Virus record (IMG/VR): IMGVR_UViG_3300044527_000814
Location: 7,650 to 71,649 of that record
DNA length: 64,000 bases
Strand: one strand, 5' to 3'
Source of the DNA: a virus
Shown: positions 1-9,495 of the stretch, piece by piece
Layout of the letters: every line of letters begins with the position of its first letter
Numbering within the stretch: position 1 is the stretch's first letter
The notes under the pieces: generated by a model
Databases searched by the model: none
Told to the model about the DNA's origin: nothing
What the model saw: only the letters and a program-made list of their open reading frames with translations
Program-made: the position numbers and the translations under genes

Positions 1-657
1 ACGCGCGCCGCTGGTCAGCAGATCATGGCGCTGGTCATGGCGCAGCCGCAAGGCGCTCGCTCTGAAGTTGTGCGCGCGGCTCTTGAGTCGATCAAGCCGG
101 GCCTACATGCGAAGGTCGATCGCTTGGCTGGCAAGATCGCAGCCGGTGGGATCTCGACGCTCATGGCCTACGAGGAAGCGCTGCGGTTGGCGCTGGCGGA
201 CGTTTTTGTCGATTCTGTCAAGGCACTTGCCATCACCCAGCAGACCGGTCGAACCAGCGATGAAGCTCTTGCGGCGCAGCGGCTGTTTTACGGGGAGCTG
301 CACCCCGCTGGTCTCGGCGGCCTCGACGGCGGGCTCGGCAACGCAGGCCGTGATGCGGCGAACTTTGCGCTTAACCTGCTGCGCTCGGCCGCGTGCTCGG
401 AAGAGGTCAAGACCGCAATCACAGGAGCCATCACCAACTCCACGGCTCGCGCCGCGACGAGCGCAGGACTCGATGTGGCCAAGGGCGTTGCTGCTTGCAG
501 CAAGCTTCCCGGCGCGACGCCTCCTCCTCCTCCTCCTCCTCCTCCTGCACCATCACCTACGCAGCCCGAGCCCAAAGACAACACGACGATGTACATTATC
601 GGAGGCGTTGCAGTGCTCGGCATCGGTGCGGTGCTGTTCTTAGCGCTCAGGAAGTAG
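1..657 (+). CDS. 5'-truncated putative virion membrane protein (poly-Pro linker, C-terminal TM anchor)
   Basis: Frame is open from base 1. Contains AGLGG/GGLGN motifs, a P-rich linker and YIIGGVAVLGIGAVLFLALRK at the C-terminus. Confidence 0.75.
   Translation, partial: TRAAGQQIMALVMAQPQGARSEVVRAALESIKPGLHAKVDRLAGKIAAGGISTLMAYEEALRLALADVFVDSVKALAITQQTGRTSDEALAAQRLFYGELHPAGLGGLDGGLGNAGRDAANFALNLLRSAACSEEVKTAITGAITNSTARAATSAGLDVAKGVAACSKLPGATPPPPPPPPPAPSPTQPEPKDNTTMYIIGGVAVLGIGAVLFLALRK
521..546 (+). repeat. CCT trinucleotide run encoding poly-Pro linker
   Basis: Direct read: ctcctcctcctcctcctcctcctcct. Confidence 0.9.
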
Positions 658-733
658 TACAACTGGTTTTGCTGGGCAATCCAGCGCCGCAGGGCAGCTA
701 CGGCATTCGGTTCAACTCTGGAGAAACAAAAAC

Positions 734-2137
734 ATGGATGAGTACGCATTCGACGGTGACGGGCTTGGCGTCGAGACTGACAACCCGATGGAAAGCACGG
801 CATTCGACTACATTCCGTCTGGCGACAGCCCGTACGGCGAAGGTGCTCTGACTGAGACGGATGCTTCTCCGTACGCGCTTGATTACAACGGCCCTGAGAC
901 GCACGACCCCGGCATGGGACCCGGTATGGTGCAGACCGACTACGGCGCGCACCCTTGGGGCACCGGCGCGGGCGGCGGCTACCGTCCGATGTCGCAGTCT
1001 CGCACCGACGATCAGCCGCTTGGCTCGACCGAGGCGCAGCGTAGGCTGGGCGTTCAGCAGCCGTCGAACGCGGCGATCGACCCGGAGACGATCTACGACC
1101 GCCAGTCGTACGAGTACGCCTCGGGTGATACCGTCGGCGCAGGTATCTTCGATATGCCGGAGGGCGTGACCTGGAACGCCAACGACGGCGTCTTCGCCAA
1201 CAACTATGCGATGCCCGGGTACATGGCCAAGGAGCCCATGATGTACCCCGCGCCGTCTGCGATGATCGATACGCAGACTGGCCTGCCGACGATCGTGCAG
1301 CCGTCGGCCTCTGGCGTGCAGCTGTCGATGGAAGCGCCTCCGGGCACGCCCGTCTACTCGCCGTTCAGGCAGATGACTGCCATCACCAACCGCACGCCGG
1401 TTCCGCGCGTGCCCTACGCGCAGACGCCGCGAGGCATGAGCGGTCTGGGTGCCGTGCCACCCGCTCAGCCTGCCTACGCAGGCCAGAGCGCGGCAGAGGC
1501 TTTTGGAAATCAGGCGGCGATTGCGCTCGTGCGACGCGCTGCGCTGATGAAGACGCCCGGCCGCGAGCGGTTTGTCGCCAACGCCATGTCGGTGCTCGGT
1601 CCGCAGCGTTCGGCTGCTGCTGAGGCAGCGGTTCGCAAGCTGATGGCGATGGGCTACCCGTCCACGCACGTGGTCGAGCAAGTCTTTGCTCACTGCATTA
1701 TGCACGCGGTTGTGGGCGAGGTCATGCGCGTCGCTCGTACCGGCAGGCCCGTTCCTCCGGCGCAGTCGGTGGTTCGCGCGGCGACGACAGTTGCAGCGCA
1801 GGCTGGTCCCGCGCCAGATCTGGCGGACGCCGCGCAGCGCGTGGTTCCGGCGCTTGTGAACCAGCAAGCGGCGCGCGCCGAGCTTGCCGCATTCAGTAGA
1901 TCTCTTGTTCGTCCGCAGGTCCGCGCGACGCTCGGCAGCGACGGGCTTGAGGGCATGGGCAGCCTTGGTGACGGGGCGGCTCCCGAACCGGGTACGCCTA
2001 CGGCTCCGCGCGGTGAGCGCTCTGAGGGAATGAGCACCGGCGCCAAGGTCGCGATCGCTCTTGGCACGGTAACCGCGGTCGGCGCTGCCTGGACGTATCG
2101 AGACAAGATCGCGAAATGGTTTGGAGGAGACCAATGA
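734..2137 (+). CDS. putative virion protein, 467 aa, acidic N-terminus and C-terminal TM
   Basis: GGAGA upstream. Motifs GDGLG, MSGLG, LEGMG. C-terminal hydrophobic helix KVAIALGTVTAVGAAW. Confidence 0.8.
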   Translation: MDEYAFDGDGLGVETDNPMESTAFDYIPSGDSPYGEGALTETDASPYALDYNGPETHDPGMGPGMVQTDYGAHPWGTGAGGGYRPMSQSRTDDQPLGSTEAQRRLGVQQPSNAAIDPETIYDRQSYEYASGDTVGAGIFDMPEGVTWNANDGVFANNYAMPGYMAKEPMMYPAPSAMIDTQTGLPTIVQPSASGVQLSMEAPPGTPVYSPFRQMTAITNRTPVPRVPYAQTPRGMSGLGAVPPAQPAYAGQSAAEAFGNQAAIALVRRAALMKTPGRERFVANAMSVLGPQRSAAAEAAVRKLMAMGYPSTHVVEQVFAHCIMHAVVGEVMRVARTGRPVPPAQSVVRAATTVAAQAGPAPDLADAAQRVVPALVNQQAARAELAAFSRSLVRPQVRATLGSDGLEGMGSLGDGAAPEPGTPTAPRGERSEGMSTGAKVAIALGTVTAVGAAWTYRDKIAKWFGGDQ

Positions 2138-2451
2138 CACAGCCTTCAATGACCGCAGTGATGGGCCTTGAAGATCAAGCTCGTCACACGCCGCCTTCGT
2201 ACAGCCCCCAGATGACAATGTACGGTCATCAGATGGCTGGCGCTCCCGTCACGGGAATGCCGCCGGGCGCTGCGCCGTATCCGCTTTATGGGGTGCCTCA
2301 CGCACTCGGCTCGGACGAGGTCGTGCCGTTCTATCGTCGCTGGTGGTTTGCCTTTGCAAGCGGCCTCGTCGTGGGAGGCGCGGTTGGCGTTGCCGGTACG
2401 ATCTATCTCCAGCGCAAACTCGCGCCTCAGGCGCGGCGTGAGAACACATGA
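2134..2451 (+). CDS. small membrane protein
   Basis: ATG overlaps upstream stop (ATGA) after GGAGGAG. TM WWFAFASGLVVGGAVGVAGTIYL. Confidence 0.75.
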   Translation: MTQPSMTAVMGLEDQARHTPPSYSPQMTMYGHQMAGAPVTGMPPGAAPYPLYGVPHALGSDEVVPFYRRWWFAFASGLVVGGAVGVAGTIYLQRKLAPQARRENT

Positions 2452-2837
2452 GCTACCGTCCTAACAGGCTCACCATCGGCTACGAGCGCGCGAAGGTTCT
2501 GAACCCGTGGGTCTTCGCGGATCTGCGTCAGCCGCAGCGCATGCGCGGGTTCGTGTCCCCGCTCGTGTACCAGACCTCGCCGCCGACGGTGTACCACCCG
2601 AACCTGTCGGGCCTTGGCACCGAAGAGGTCGGCGCGGAGCAGCCCGTTACGCAGCTGACCGTCGAAGAGGAGCAGCGGGCGATTCGGCGGGGGACCTTCG
2701 AGCTTCAGCGGCAGTCGGCCAAGCTCGCAAAGCGCATGGCATTGCTGACTGCCGTGACAGGTTTGGTAGGCGTCGTGGTGTCGGTCGCGGGGCTTGCCAT
2801 TACTTACGCGGATCGTCGCCAGACGAACAGGAGCTAG
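2448..2837 (+). CDS. small membrane protein with MSY start and LSGLG motif
   Basis: ATGA coupling with upstream gene; C-terminal TM. Confidence 0.75.
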   Translation: MSYRPNRLTIGYERAKVLNPWVFADLRQPQRMRGFVSPLVYQTSPPTVYHPNLSGLGTEEVGAEQPVTQLTVEEEQRAIRRGTFELQRQSAKLAKRMALLTAVTGLVGVVVSVAGLAITYADRRQTNRS

Positions 2838-2840
2838 GTC

Positions 2841-3572
2841 ATGTCGTACTCGTTTGCGCTCAGTGGTGGCAGTAGCGATGGCGCCCCTCGCAGGTTTGCC
2901 GCTGGTCAGCTCGTAACTGCGCGCTTCCAGCCCCTGGGCACGACGGCTGCCAACACGAATACCGTGAAGGCGCAGCTTGAAACGCGTATGGCGTCTCTGG
3001 GCATCTTCAAGACGCCGGAGTACGTTGGATGGGGTAAAGACGACAACAACGGGCTCTTTGTCTACAGGGCCGAACTCAAGACTGGGCAGTTCACGGCTCA
3101 GCAGGTCGCTGACAAGATCAAGGCAGCGATGCCTGGCCTCGATACTGCGCTCGGGGCAAAGCGCTTGAACTTCCTGACGATCCGTCACCCGACCCCAAGC
3201 GGCGAGGTCGTGGAGATGGTCCCAGAGGCGCCGTCTATCGCCCCAGACAGCACTTCGGGTGGCGGCGCGACGACAGGCGGCGGCGGCGCGACGACAGGCG
3301 GTGGCGGCGGCGGCGCCGCGCAAGAAGAAGAGAACTTCTTCACGAGGAAGTTCGGCGGCGTGCCGGTGTGGGCGATCGGCGCTCTATTGATGACGCTTGG
3401 CGGGGGGCTTGTGCTCTTCGCGCCGCGGAAGAAGCCTGCGTCGGTGGCGAAGAACCCACGGGACAGACTGCCGCTGCGGGACCGTTCGCGAATGAGGCGC
3501 CGTGGCCAGGAATTGAGGAAGGTGCCATGGGGGACCTTGGGGTACACTGTCGTGCCAGGAAAAAAAGGCTGA
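2841..3572 (+). CDS. tail-anchored virion protein (paralogous domain family A, Gly/Thr linker, TM, basic tail after AKNP)
   Basis: AGGAG RBS. VTARFQP...YVGWG motif shared with 10224 and 10886. EENFFTRKFGGVPVW precedes the TM. Confidence 0.8.
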   Translation: MSYSFALSGGSSDGAPRRFAAGQLVTARFQPLGTTAANTNTVKAQLETRMASLGIFKTPEYVGWGKDDNNGLFVYRAELKTGQFTAQQVADKIKAAMPGLDTALGAKRLNFLTIRHPTPSGEVVEMVPEAPSIAPDSTSGGGATTGGGGATTGGGGGGAAQEEENFFTRKFGGVPVWAIGALLMTLGGGLVLFAPRKKPASVAKNPRDRLPLRDRSRMRRRGQELRKVPWGTLGYTVVPGKKG

Positions 3573-3581
3573 GGATTGATC

Positions 3582-4478
3582 ATGACCTACCATCTCGGCA
3601 CAACCGCTGCACCAAAGACGTACGGCTACTGGCGTGTCGACGATCCCGCCACAGTCGCCAAGCTTCGCGAGGCAGGAATCGAGATTTCCGAGCTACCGGG
3701 CGCGGAAGACGCTATCGCAACGCGGACACCTTCGTTCGTTCTGGTCACGGATCCAGGTGGCGACCGCATTGCAGTTACGGCGCGTTCTAGCTGGGGGGTC
3801 AGGCCTGGATTCGTTTTTTCAGGAGGCGTTGCAGCATTCAGGGCAAAACTGGCCAAGACGTCGGACGTGCCTGTCGTGCCACCGGGAACCATCGACCGCC
3901 TGTCGTTACCAACTTCTGCCGATATCCCGCCGACCATCGGTGGGCCCGCGAGAGGAGCGGTCACTGTAGGTGGTCGCAAAGTCGGAGTGCCCGTCCCTGC
4001 CGACCAGGCATCGCTTCCGAGCAGTGACCGGCTCCAGGTTCCTGCCGTTCCAGAGCTTCCGCCCATCGTATTTGACCCGTCCCTTGAGCGCGCAATCGAT
4101 CGTGCTGTAGGTCGCAAGAGCAGCAATACAGGCCTGTACATCGGGCTGGGCGTTGCAGCGGTCGCGCTGTTCGGCCTTGGCTACTTGGCGATCAATCGTC
4201 AGAAGGCGCCGAAGCCGCTGACGAGTAATCGGCGCGTGATTTACGCCCTCCCCGAGCGCAAGGCGTACCCGATCACATCGCGCGAAGACGCCATCAACGC
4301 GACGAAGCGCTTGAAGCAAGGGCGTGTGCGGAGCGAGGCAGACGCGAATCTCATCATCGCGGCGATCGAGCGCGAGCACCATGACATCTGGCGCGAGTAC
4401 CTTGAGGGGTATCCCGTGTCGCGGATCATGAGGAGCAAGCGCAAGGGGCTGGCTGCGCGGCGAAGGACACTGAAGTGA
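3582..4478 (+). CDS. membrane protein with a small domain after LTSN and a basic C-terminus
   Basis: GAGGA RBS, MTYHLG start, TM LYIGLGVAAVALFGLGYLAI. Confidence 0.75.
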   Translation: MTYHLGTTAAPKTYGYWRVDDPATVAKLREAGIEISELPGAEDAIATRTPSFVLVTDPGGDRIAVTARSSWGVRPGFVFSGGVAAFRAKLAKTSDVPVVPPGTIDRLSLPTSADIPPTIGGPARGAVTVGGRKVGVPVPADQASLPSSDRLQVPAVPELPPIVFDPSLERAIDRAVGRKSSNTGLYIGLGVAAVALFGLGYLAINRQKAPKPLTSNRRVIYALPERKAYPITSREDAINATKRLKQGRVRSEADANLIIAAIEREHHDIWREYLEGYPVSRIMRSKRKGLAARRRTLK

Positions 4479-4687
4479 CGCCGCAGGAGCAATACTGGCA
4501 TCAGCGATCGGGCGGTGGATGGCGCGAGAACGCCGAGCAGGCGATCCTCGCGAACCCGTCGTACTTCGTTTGGTGGTACACCGCGAAGAGTCTCGCCCTC
4601 GTAGCCGCTGTCGCGTGGGGCACGTATCTGCTAGGGAAAAGTCACGGACGCCGCGCGGCAATGCGTTTGAGCAAAACAGGAGACTGA
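4475..4687 (+). CDS. small membrane protein, 70 aa
   Basis: GTGA overlap with upstream stop; one hydrophobic helix. Confidence 0.65.
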   Translation: MTPQEQYWHQRSGGGWRENAEQAILANPSYFVWWYTAKSLALVAAVAWGTYLLGKSHGRRAAMRLSKTGD

Positions 4688-4689
4688 GG

Positions 4690-5781
4690 ATGAGCTACAC
4701 AAACAGGGTCGCACTTCTGGGTGGTGGGTACGGGCTGGGATCAGACGTTGCGTCTGCCTCCAGCACGAGTGGGTGCAGCACGGCGGGCGTCTCGGGCATC
4801 GACGCTCAGCTCGTCGCTGAGATGATCCGACTGAGCGAGGGTAAGCTCGTCGAGGTCCGCCACCCAAACATCAAGTTCACCTCCAACCGCGTGCACCCGT
4901 ACCTGGCGGTCGCGGCTCGGGACGCGCTGCTGAAGGCGGCGGAGAGCGGAGAAATCCGCATCAACTCCGCGCTCCGCACCGTGGTGGACCAGTACATGCT
5001 CCACAAGGGCTGCCCTGGCGCGACAGTTCCGGGCGGCTCGAACCACGAGTCAGGAAAGGCCATCAACGTGAGCAACTGGCCCGATCGCCAGGGCGCGCTC
5101 CGTGCAGCTGGTTTCTCTCAGCCACTCGGCACGAACCAGGCCTACTTTGAGGTTCCTGGCGAGGACCTGCGCAAGCTGAGCGTGAAGGCGTTCCAGAACC
5201 TCTGGAACCTCAATAACCCGACCGACCAGATCGGTGCCGATGGAGTGGCGGGTCCTGCCACGCTCCAGCGCATTGCCAAGGCGCCCGTTGCTGGGTTCGC
5301 GAACTCGACGGTCGCCCCGGTCGCGCCAGTTGAGAACATGAGCATCGCGCCGCCCGCGCCCGGGGAGACTGAGAACCCAGTCGAGCCTCGCCGTGCCGCT
5401 CCTGCCGCCGCCGGTAATACGGGCAAGACTGTACTCATCACGCTCGCGAGTGTCGGTGTGGTCGCCGTTCTCATCAAGCTCGCCAGCCGGGGCGGTCGCG
5501 GCAAGACGCCTGCGCCGCGGCTTGCGCAAAACCGGAGCCGCAGTAGCGCGCCGCGTAGGAACCCGACCACCTACGTAGTTGAGCCTGAGTGCGCACATTG
5601 TGGTGCGCCCCTGGGCGAAGGCGTCACCGGAGTGCGCGAGATGCGCGAAGGCGACAAGCTCGGAGAACGCGGTCTAAACGACGACGAGATTCCCGAGAGA
5701 TTCCAGGACGCTGCGGCACATGCCCACCCTCGCCAGGCGATCAAGCGATGGGGCACTTGCAGGGACTGCCGGGACTACTGA
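4690..5781 (+). CDS. M15-like peptidase fold (apparently degenerate) + peptidoglycan-binding domain + TM + Cys-rich tail
   Basis: INSALRT...Q and SNHESGKAINV resemble the M15 SxHxxGxAxD motif. AFQ...ADGVAGPAT resembles PG_binding_1. TM, then RRNP and CxxC...CxxC. Confidence 0.7.
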   Translation: MSYTNRVALLGGGYGLGSDVASASSTSGCSTAGVSGIDAQLVAEMIRLSEGKLVEVRHPNIKFTSNRVHPYLAVAARDALLKAAESGEIRINSALRTVVDQYMLHKGCPGATVPGGSNHESGKAINVSNWPDRQGALRAAGFSQPLGTNQAYFEVPGEDLRKLSVKAFQNLWNLNNPTDQIGADGVAGPATLQRIAKAPVAGFANSTVAPVAPVENMSIAPPAPGETENPVEPRRAAPAAAGNTGKTVLITLASVGVVAVLIKLASRGGRGKTPAPRLAQNRSRSSAPRRNPTTYVVEPECAHCGAPLGEGVTGVREMREGDKLGERGLNDDEIPERFQDAAAHAHPRQAIKRWGTCRDCRDY

Positions 5782-5843
5782 TCTCTGTAAGAAAGCCGGA
5801 CCCGAGACAGGTCCACGCGCAACAAAGATCACAGGGAGCGACG

Positions 5844-7712
5844 ATGAGCTACAGCAATCGAGGCATGGGCGCGCTGTCGGGGAAGGGGTTCTCGACTTCG
5901 AAGGGCAGTTCTACGACTGTGGCGACCACCGGCACGACGACCTCCAAGTCGACTACGACGACGCCAGCCATCAAGACCACGACGGCGACGCCCGAGGTCC
6001 GGCTTAGCACTGCGCAGTCAACGGCCATGACGCTTGGGCCGATGCAGGCGGATCAGGCTGCGATCGACGCGAAGAAGGAAGCGGCGCGCGCCAAGGCAGC
6101 CGAGATCAACCGACTGTACGGTCGCAACAACGGCGCGAAGGCGGAGTCTGGTGCGAGGATTGCGGCGGCGGCTGAGCAGGCAGCTGCCGATCGGTCAGCT
6201 GCCGCGTCTTTCGCATCTGTCTTGGCTGCTGAGTGCACAGGGATCTTGGCGCGCGACGCGTCGCTGCCGAAGTGGGAGCCGCCACCTGCGCTCATTCCCG
6301 CGGGAGCGTTTGTAGCGTACGTCGCAGCGGTCGTGAAGTGGGACGATGCTGTGGCTGGGACTCAACCTTGGGTCAAGCTGCTCAGGAGCTTGCAGAACCC
6401 AGGCCCCGATTACCAGGCGCGCATCAACCGTGCTGCGGATAGCAAAACAGCATATGGAAAAGACCCGAGAAACTATAAACCAAACCCTTCAAATCCAGAA
6501 ACAGTAATCATTGACTTGGCGCCGTGGTTCAATACCCCTGACGGAAAGCTCTGGAAAGCAATAGCGGACGCCAACGAACCTGCCGTAAAAGGAACAGTGA
6601 ACGACCCAAAGGGTCGTGTGGCCTCCGTGTCTCCCATTTGGTTTCCGAGAGACGGAGACGCCAGTTCGCGCGGTGCAGTTGTGCTCGTTGTCTCTCTTAG
6701 CAAGGAGATGAACACAGAGGCGCTCACAGCATGGATGCAAGCGCACTATTCGCGCGCGATGTACGACAACAACATGGCGAAGGGCGGAGTGGTATATCCA
6801 ATCCCAGTTCTCCTTTCTGCCAAGTCCTGGGCTGACAAGGACGTGAACGCGCAGATCGCGGACGCCGTCGAGCGCGTGCGTCGCTCGCTGGGTCAGCTGG
6901 CGACTGCTTTCAAGGTCAACTTGCAGGGTGTCACGGCGCTCAAGAAGAAGCTCGACAACTCTGCGCTGAAGCTCGGGAAGGTGGTAGGCGAGATCCAGAC
7001 GGGCATCGCGACTGCGGCTGGCGTTCAAGCGTTTGTCGCGGAGGTCAGCGGCGGCGTGCCGTCGATGGTCGCGGAGCTTGATTCGCTGCCCGCTACTGTT
7101 ACCGAAATCGCTCAACTGGAAGGAGCGCGCGCGTCGTTGGCAAATGCTGCCAAGGCTATCGATGCGCTAGAGGCGAAGATTGCGAAGGATGCGGCGTCGA
7201 TTCAGCTTGCGATCTCCCGGGGGCCTACAATCGGTCAGGAGATGACCGCCTTGAAGGCTGAATACACTCCCGCCAAGGTTATTGCCATCGCCATGCCTGA
7301 GGCCGAGGCGCTGGCCAGTCGCGCCCCCTTTGCGGAACAGGCGGAGAGGGTGCGCTGCTCTGCAATGTCGATTTTGCAGCAGCAGGCAGGCAACGCGTTC
7401 GACGCTCTTCAGCGCGCCACGGCCTCGGCGGTTCAGATTTCCGCGACGCTCGACGTGCCAAGCCTGACGGCGTCGTTGGGCGCACTGGGCGGGCTCAGTA
7501 GCGCAGTCGCGGAGCTGCGCGCGGCGGTTGCCAGGGCGAGCGCTGCGCTCGACGCCAAAGAGAAGGAGCTTGGTCTCGACTGGTACTCGCGGAACTTCTA
7601 CGGCCTCCCTGTCTGGGCGTGGGGAGCCGGGGGCGCCGCGCTACTTCTCGGCGGTGCCGTCTTCGTCCGTATGCGCAAGAAGAAGGCTGCTGCGTCAGCC
7701 GCTGCGAAGTGA
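5844..7712 (+). CDS. large Ala-rich helical/coiled-coil protein with C-terminal TM
   Basis: GGGAG RBS, MSYSNRGMG start, heptad-like C-terminal half, FYGLPVW then TM and RKKK. Confidence 0.8.
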   Translation: MSYSNRGMGALSGKGFSTSKGSSTTVATTGTTTSKSTTTTPAIKTTTATPEVRLSTAQSTAMTLGPMQADQAAIDAKKEAARAKAAEINRLYGRNNGAKAESGARIAAAAEQAAADRSAAASFASVLAAECTGILARDASLPKWEPPPALIPAGAFVAYVAAVVKWDDAVAGTQPWVKLLRSLQNPGPDYQARINRAADSKTAYGKDPRNYKPNPSNPETVIIDLAPWFNTPDGKLWKAIADANEPAVKGTVNDPKGRVASVSPIWFPRDGDASSRGAVVLVVSLSKEMNTEALTAWMQAHYSRAMYDNNMAKGGVVYPIPVLLSAKSWADKDVNAQIADAVERVRRSLGQLATAFKVNLQGVTALKKKLDNSALKLGKVVGEIQTGIATAAGVQAFVAEVSGGVPSMVAELDSLPATVTEIAQLEGARASLANAAKAIDALEAKIAKDAASIQLAISRGPTIGQEMTALKAEYTPAKVIAIAMPEAEALASRAPFAEQAERVRCSAMSILQQQAGNAFDALQRATASAVQISATLDVPSLTASLGALGGLSSAVAELRAAVARASAALDAKEKELGLDWYSRNFYGLPVWAWGAGGAALLLGGAVFVRMRKKKAAASAAAK

Positions 7713-7726
7713 TAGGGTAACCGCCG

Positions 7727-8500
7727 ATGAACCAGCCATACGACCCCAACCAGTCGTCCGCGCAGTACCAAGGCCAGCCGCAGCTGTACCCGACGGTCCC
7801 GCAGGGGGCTCAGGTCCCGTATCAGCCTGCTTTCCATCAGGGACCGTACCCGTATCCGGCGGGGACCTACCCCATGGACATCGTGAGCCCGAACACCAAC
7901 CCTATGCCGTGGGCGGGGCCGTATCACGACCCCTCGGCGATGGGCGACGACGACGAGAACTTCCTGACCAAGAAGCTCGGCCCCCTGCCAGTGTGGGGAT
8001 GGGCACTTGTCGCGGCGGGCGCGGCGGGAGTTGTTGGCCTGGCTGCCTGGAAACTCGGCTTTCTAGGCAAGCAAGAAGGCAAGGGCCTCGCTAAAAACGA
8101 CGCAAGTGACTCAGGCGACGCCGACTCCGAAGACTCCGAGGACTCGGGAGAGTGGAGTCCTTCCCGTTCGGGGTTTGTTGAGGACATGAAGGCGAAGTTC
8201 TTCAATCTGCCACACAACAAGTCTCGGTTTAGCGGCGTGAGCATCTACGTCGACGCTGAAGACGCAATGAAAAAGGGAGGCATTAAGACGCCTTCCCCGC
8301 TGATCAATATGCGCGGGCCCAAGAGCGCCACGCTCGATCAGGAGCCTGTGCTGGTGGCGCTGTGCAGGGCTGAGGGCCTTGCGTTCAAGGAAAACGAGAT
8401 GGGTCCGGGTGTTTATGGGCTCCACCCGGACGATAGCGCGCGCGGTCGCCAGTGGGAAGACTACATCGACAGACTGCGTGATGACGGCCTTCCAGTTTGA
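7727..8500 (+). CDS. membrane protein with P/Q/Y-rich leader, central TM and C-terminal domain after LAKN
   Basis: ENFLTKKLGPLPVW precedes the TM. Confidence 0.75.
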   Translation: MNQPYDPNQSSAQYQGQPQLYPTVPQGAQVPYQPAFHQGPYPYPAGTYPMDIVSPNTNPMPWAGPYHDPSAMGDDDENFLTKKLGPLPVWGWALVAAGAAGVVGLAAWKLGFLGKQEGKGLAKNDASDSGDADSEDSEDSGEWSPSRSGFVEDMKAKFFNLPHNKSRFSGVSIYVDAEDAMKKGGIKTPSPLINMRGPKSATLDQEPVLVALCRAEGLAFKENEMGPGVYGLHPDDSARGRQWEDYIDRLRDDGLPV

Positions 8501-8525
8501 CGGTCTTCCGGCATAAGGAGAACAC

Positions 8526-9482
8526 ATGGCGTACTTCGGCGATCCCTCGCAAATCAAGATCATCAACTTCATCCCCGTTCAGACGCTCGGGAGCCCGAGG
8601 ACGTCTCCGGCGCTGCTCGGCTCCTATACGAGCCTTGGGAATACTGGCGCTGGGGCCGCACCGGCCGTCACGGTGCCGAAGATCGACGTCCAGCGTGCCC
8701 TGATTGGAGCTGGTAGGCTGGCCCCTACGCTGCCGAGTGGAAGGACCGCGGCCGACGGGGACTGGGGAGACAGAAGCAGGGCGGCTATGCGCGCGTTTGC
8801 CGACTCCCTGCCGGAGCCTGCGCGACTTTCGAGCGTGGCTTGGGGATCTGCGTCCTATCGCTCGCTGAACACTCAGAACATGTCTCTCCCGAGCGTGTGG
8901 GCTTCAGCTCTTAAGCTCGGCGGGCCTGCTGCTGCCTCGGGTGGCGGCGCGACGACCGGCGGCGCGACGACCGGTGGTGGTGCGACGACCGGCGGCGCGA
9001 CGACGGGCGGCAAGGTCCAGTCGCAGAGCGGCGCGACCACGGGCGGCGCGACGACGGGCGGCAAGGTCCAGTCGCAGAGCGGCGCGACCCCGGGCGGCGG
9101 CGCGGCTACGACTGGTGGCGGCGGAGCGAACGCTGGCGGCTTCCAGAAGCCCGGCTGGGCAGATGGTGGCGGCGGAGCGAACGCTGGCGGCTTCCAGAAG
9201 CCCGGCTGGGCAGATGGTGGCGGCGCAGCAACGACTGGCGGCGGCGCAGCAACGACTGGCGGCGGCGCAGCAACGACTGGCGGCGGCGCAGCAACGACTG
9301 GCGGCGGCGCGGCTACGACTGGTGGCGGTGGTAGCCCAGCCGCAGAGGAAGAGAACTTCCTCACGCGCAAATTCGGCGGTATTCCGGTTTGGGCGATCGG
9401 CACTGGATTGCTGGTTGCGGTTGGCACGGTTGCCGTGATCGTCAGCAAGCGGTCAGCAGGCGGTCGGCGGGCTGATATCTGA
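8526..9482 (+). CDS. peptidoglycan-binding domain protein with Gly/Thr repeat stalk and C-terminal TM
   Basis: AAGGAG RBS. VQRAL...ADGDWGDRSRAAM resembles PG_binding_1. EENFLTRKFGGIPVW precedes the TM. Confidence 0.8.
   Translation: MAYFGDPSQIKIINFIPVQTLGSPRTSPALLGSYTSLGNTGAGAAPAVTVPKIDVQRALIGAGRLAPTLPSGRTAADGDWGDRSRAAMRAFADSLPEPARLSSVAWGSASYRSLNTQNMSLPSVWASALKLGGPAAASGGGATTGGATTGGGATTGGATTGGKVQSQSGATTGGATTGGKVQSQSGATPGGGAATTGGGGANAGGFQKPGWADGGGGANAGGFQKPGWADGGGAATTGGGAATTGGGAATTGGGAATTGGGAATTGGGGSPAAEEENFLTRKFGGIPVWAIGTGLLVAVGTVAVIVSKRSAGGRRADI
8941..9330 (+). repeat. nested coding tandem repeats (GGATT, GGKVQSQS x2, GGGANAGGFQKPGWAD x2, GGGAATT x5)
   Basis: Direct read of DNA and translation. 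Confidence 0.9.
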
Positions 9483-9495
9483 CAGGAAGTATTTC

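Noticed and set aside
5844-7712. Tail tape-measure protein
   Set aside because: No tail genes nearby, and it shares the leader and anchor motifs of the membrane-protein array.
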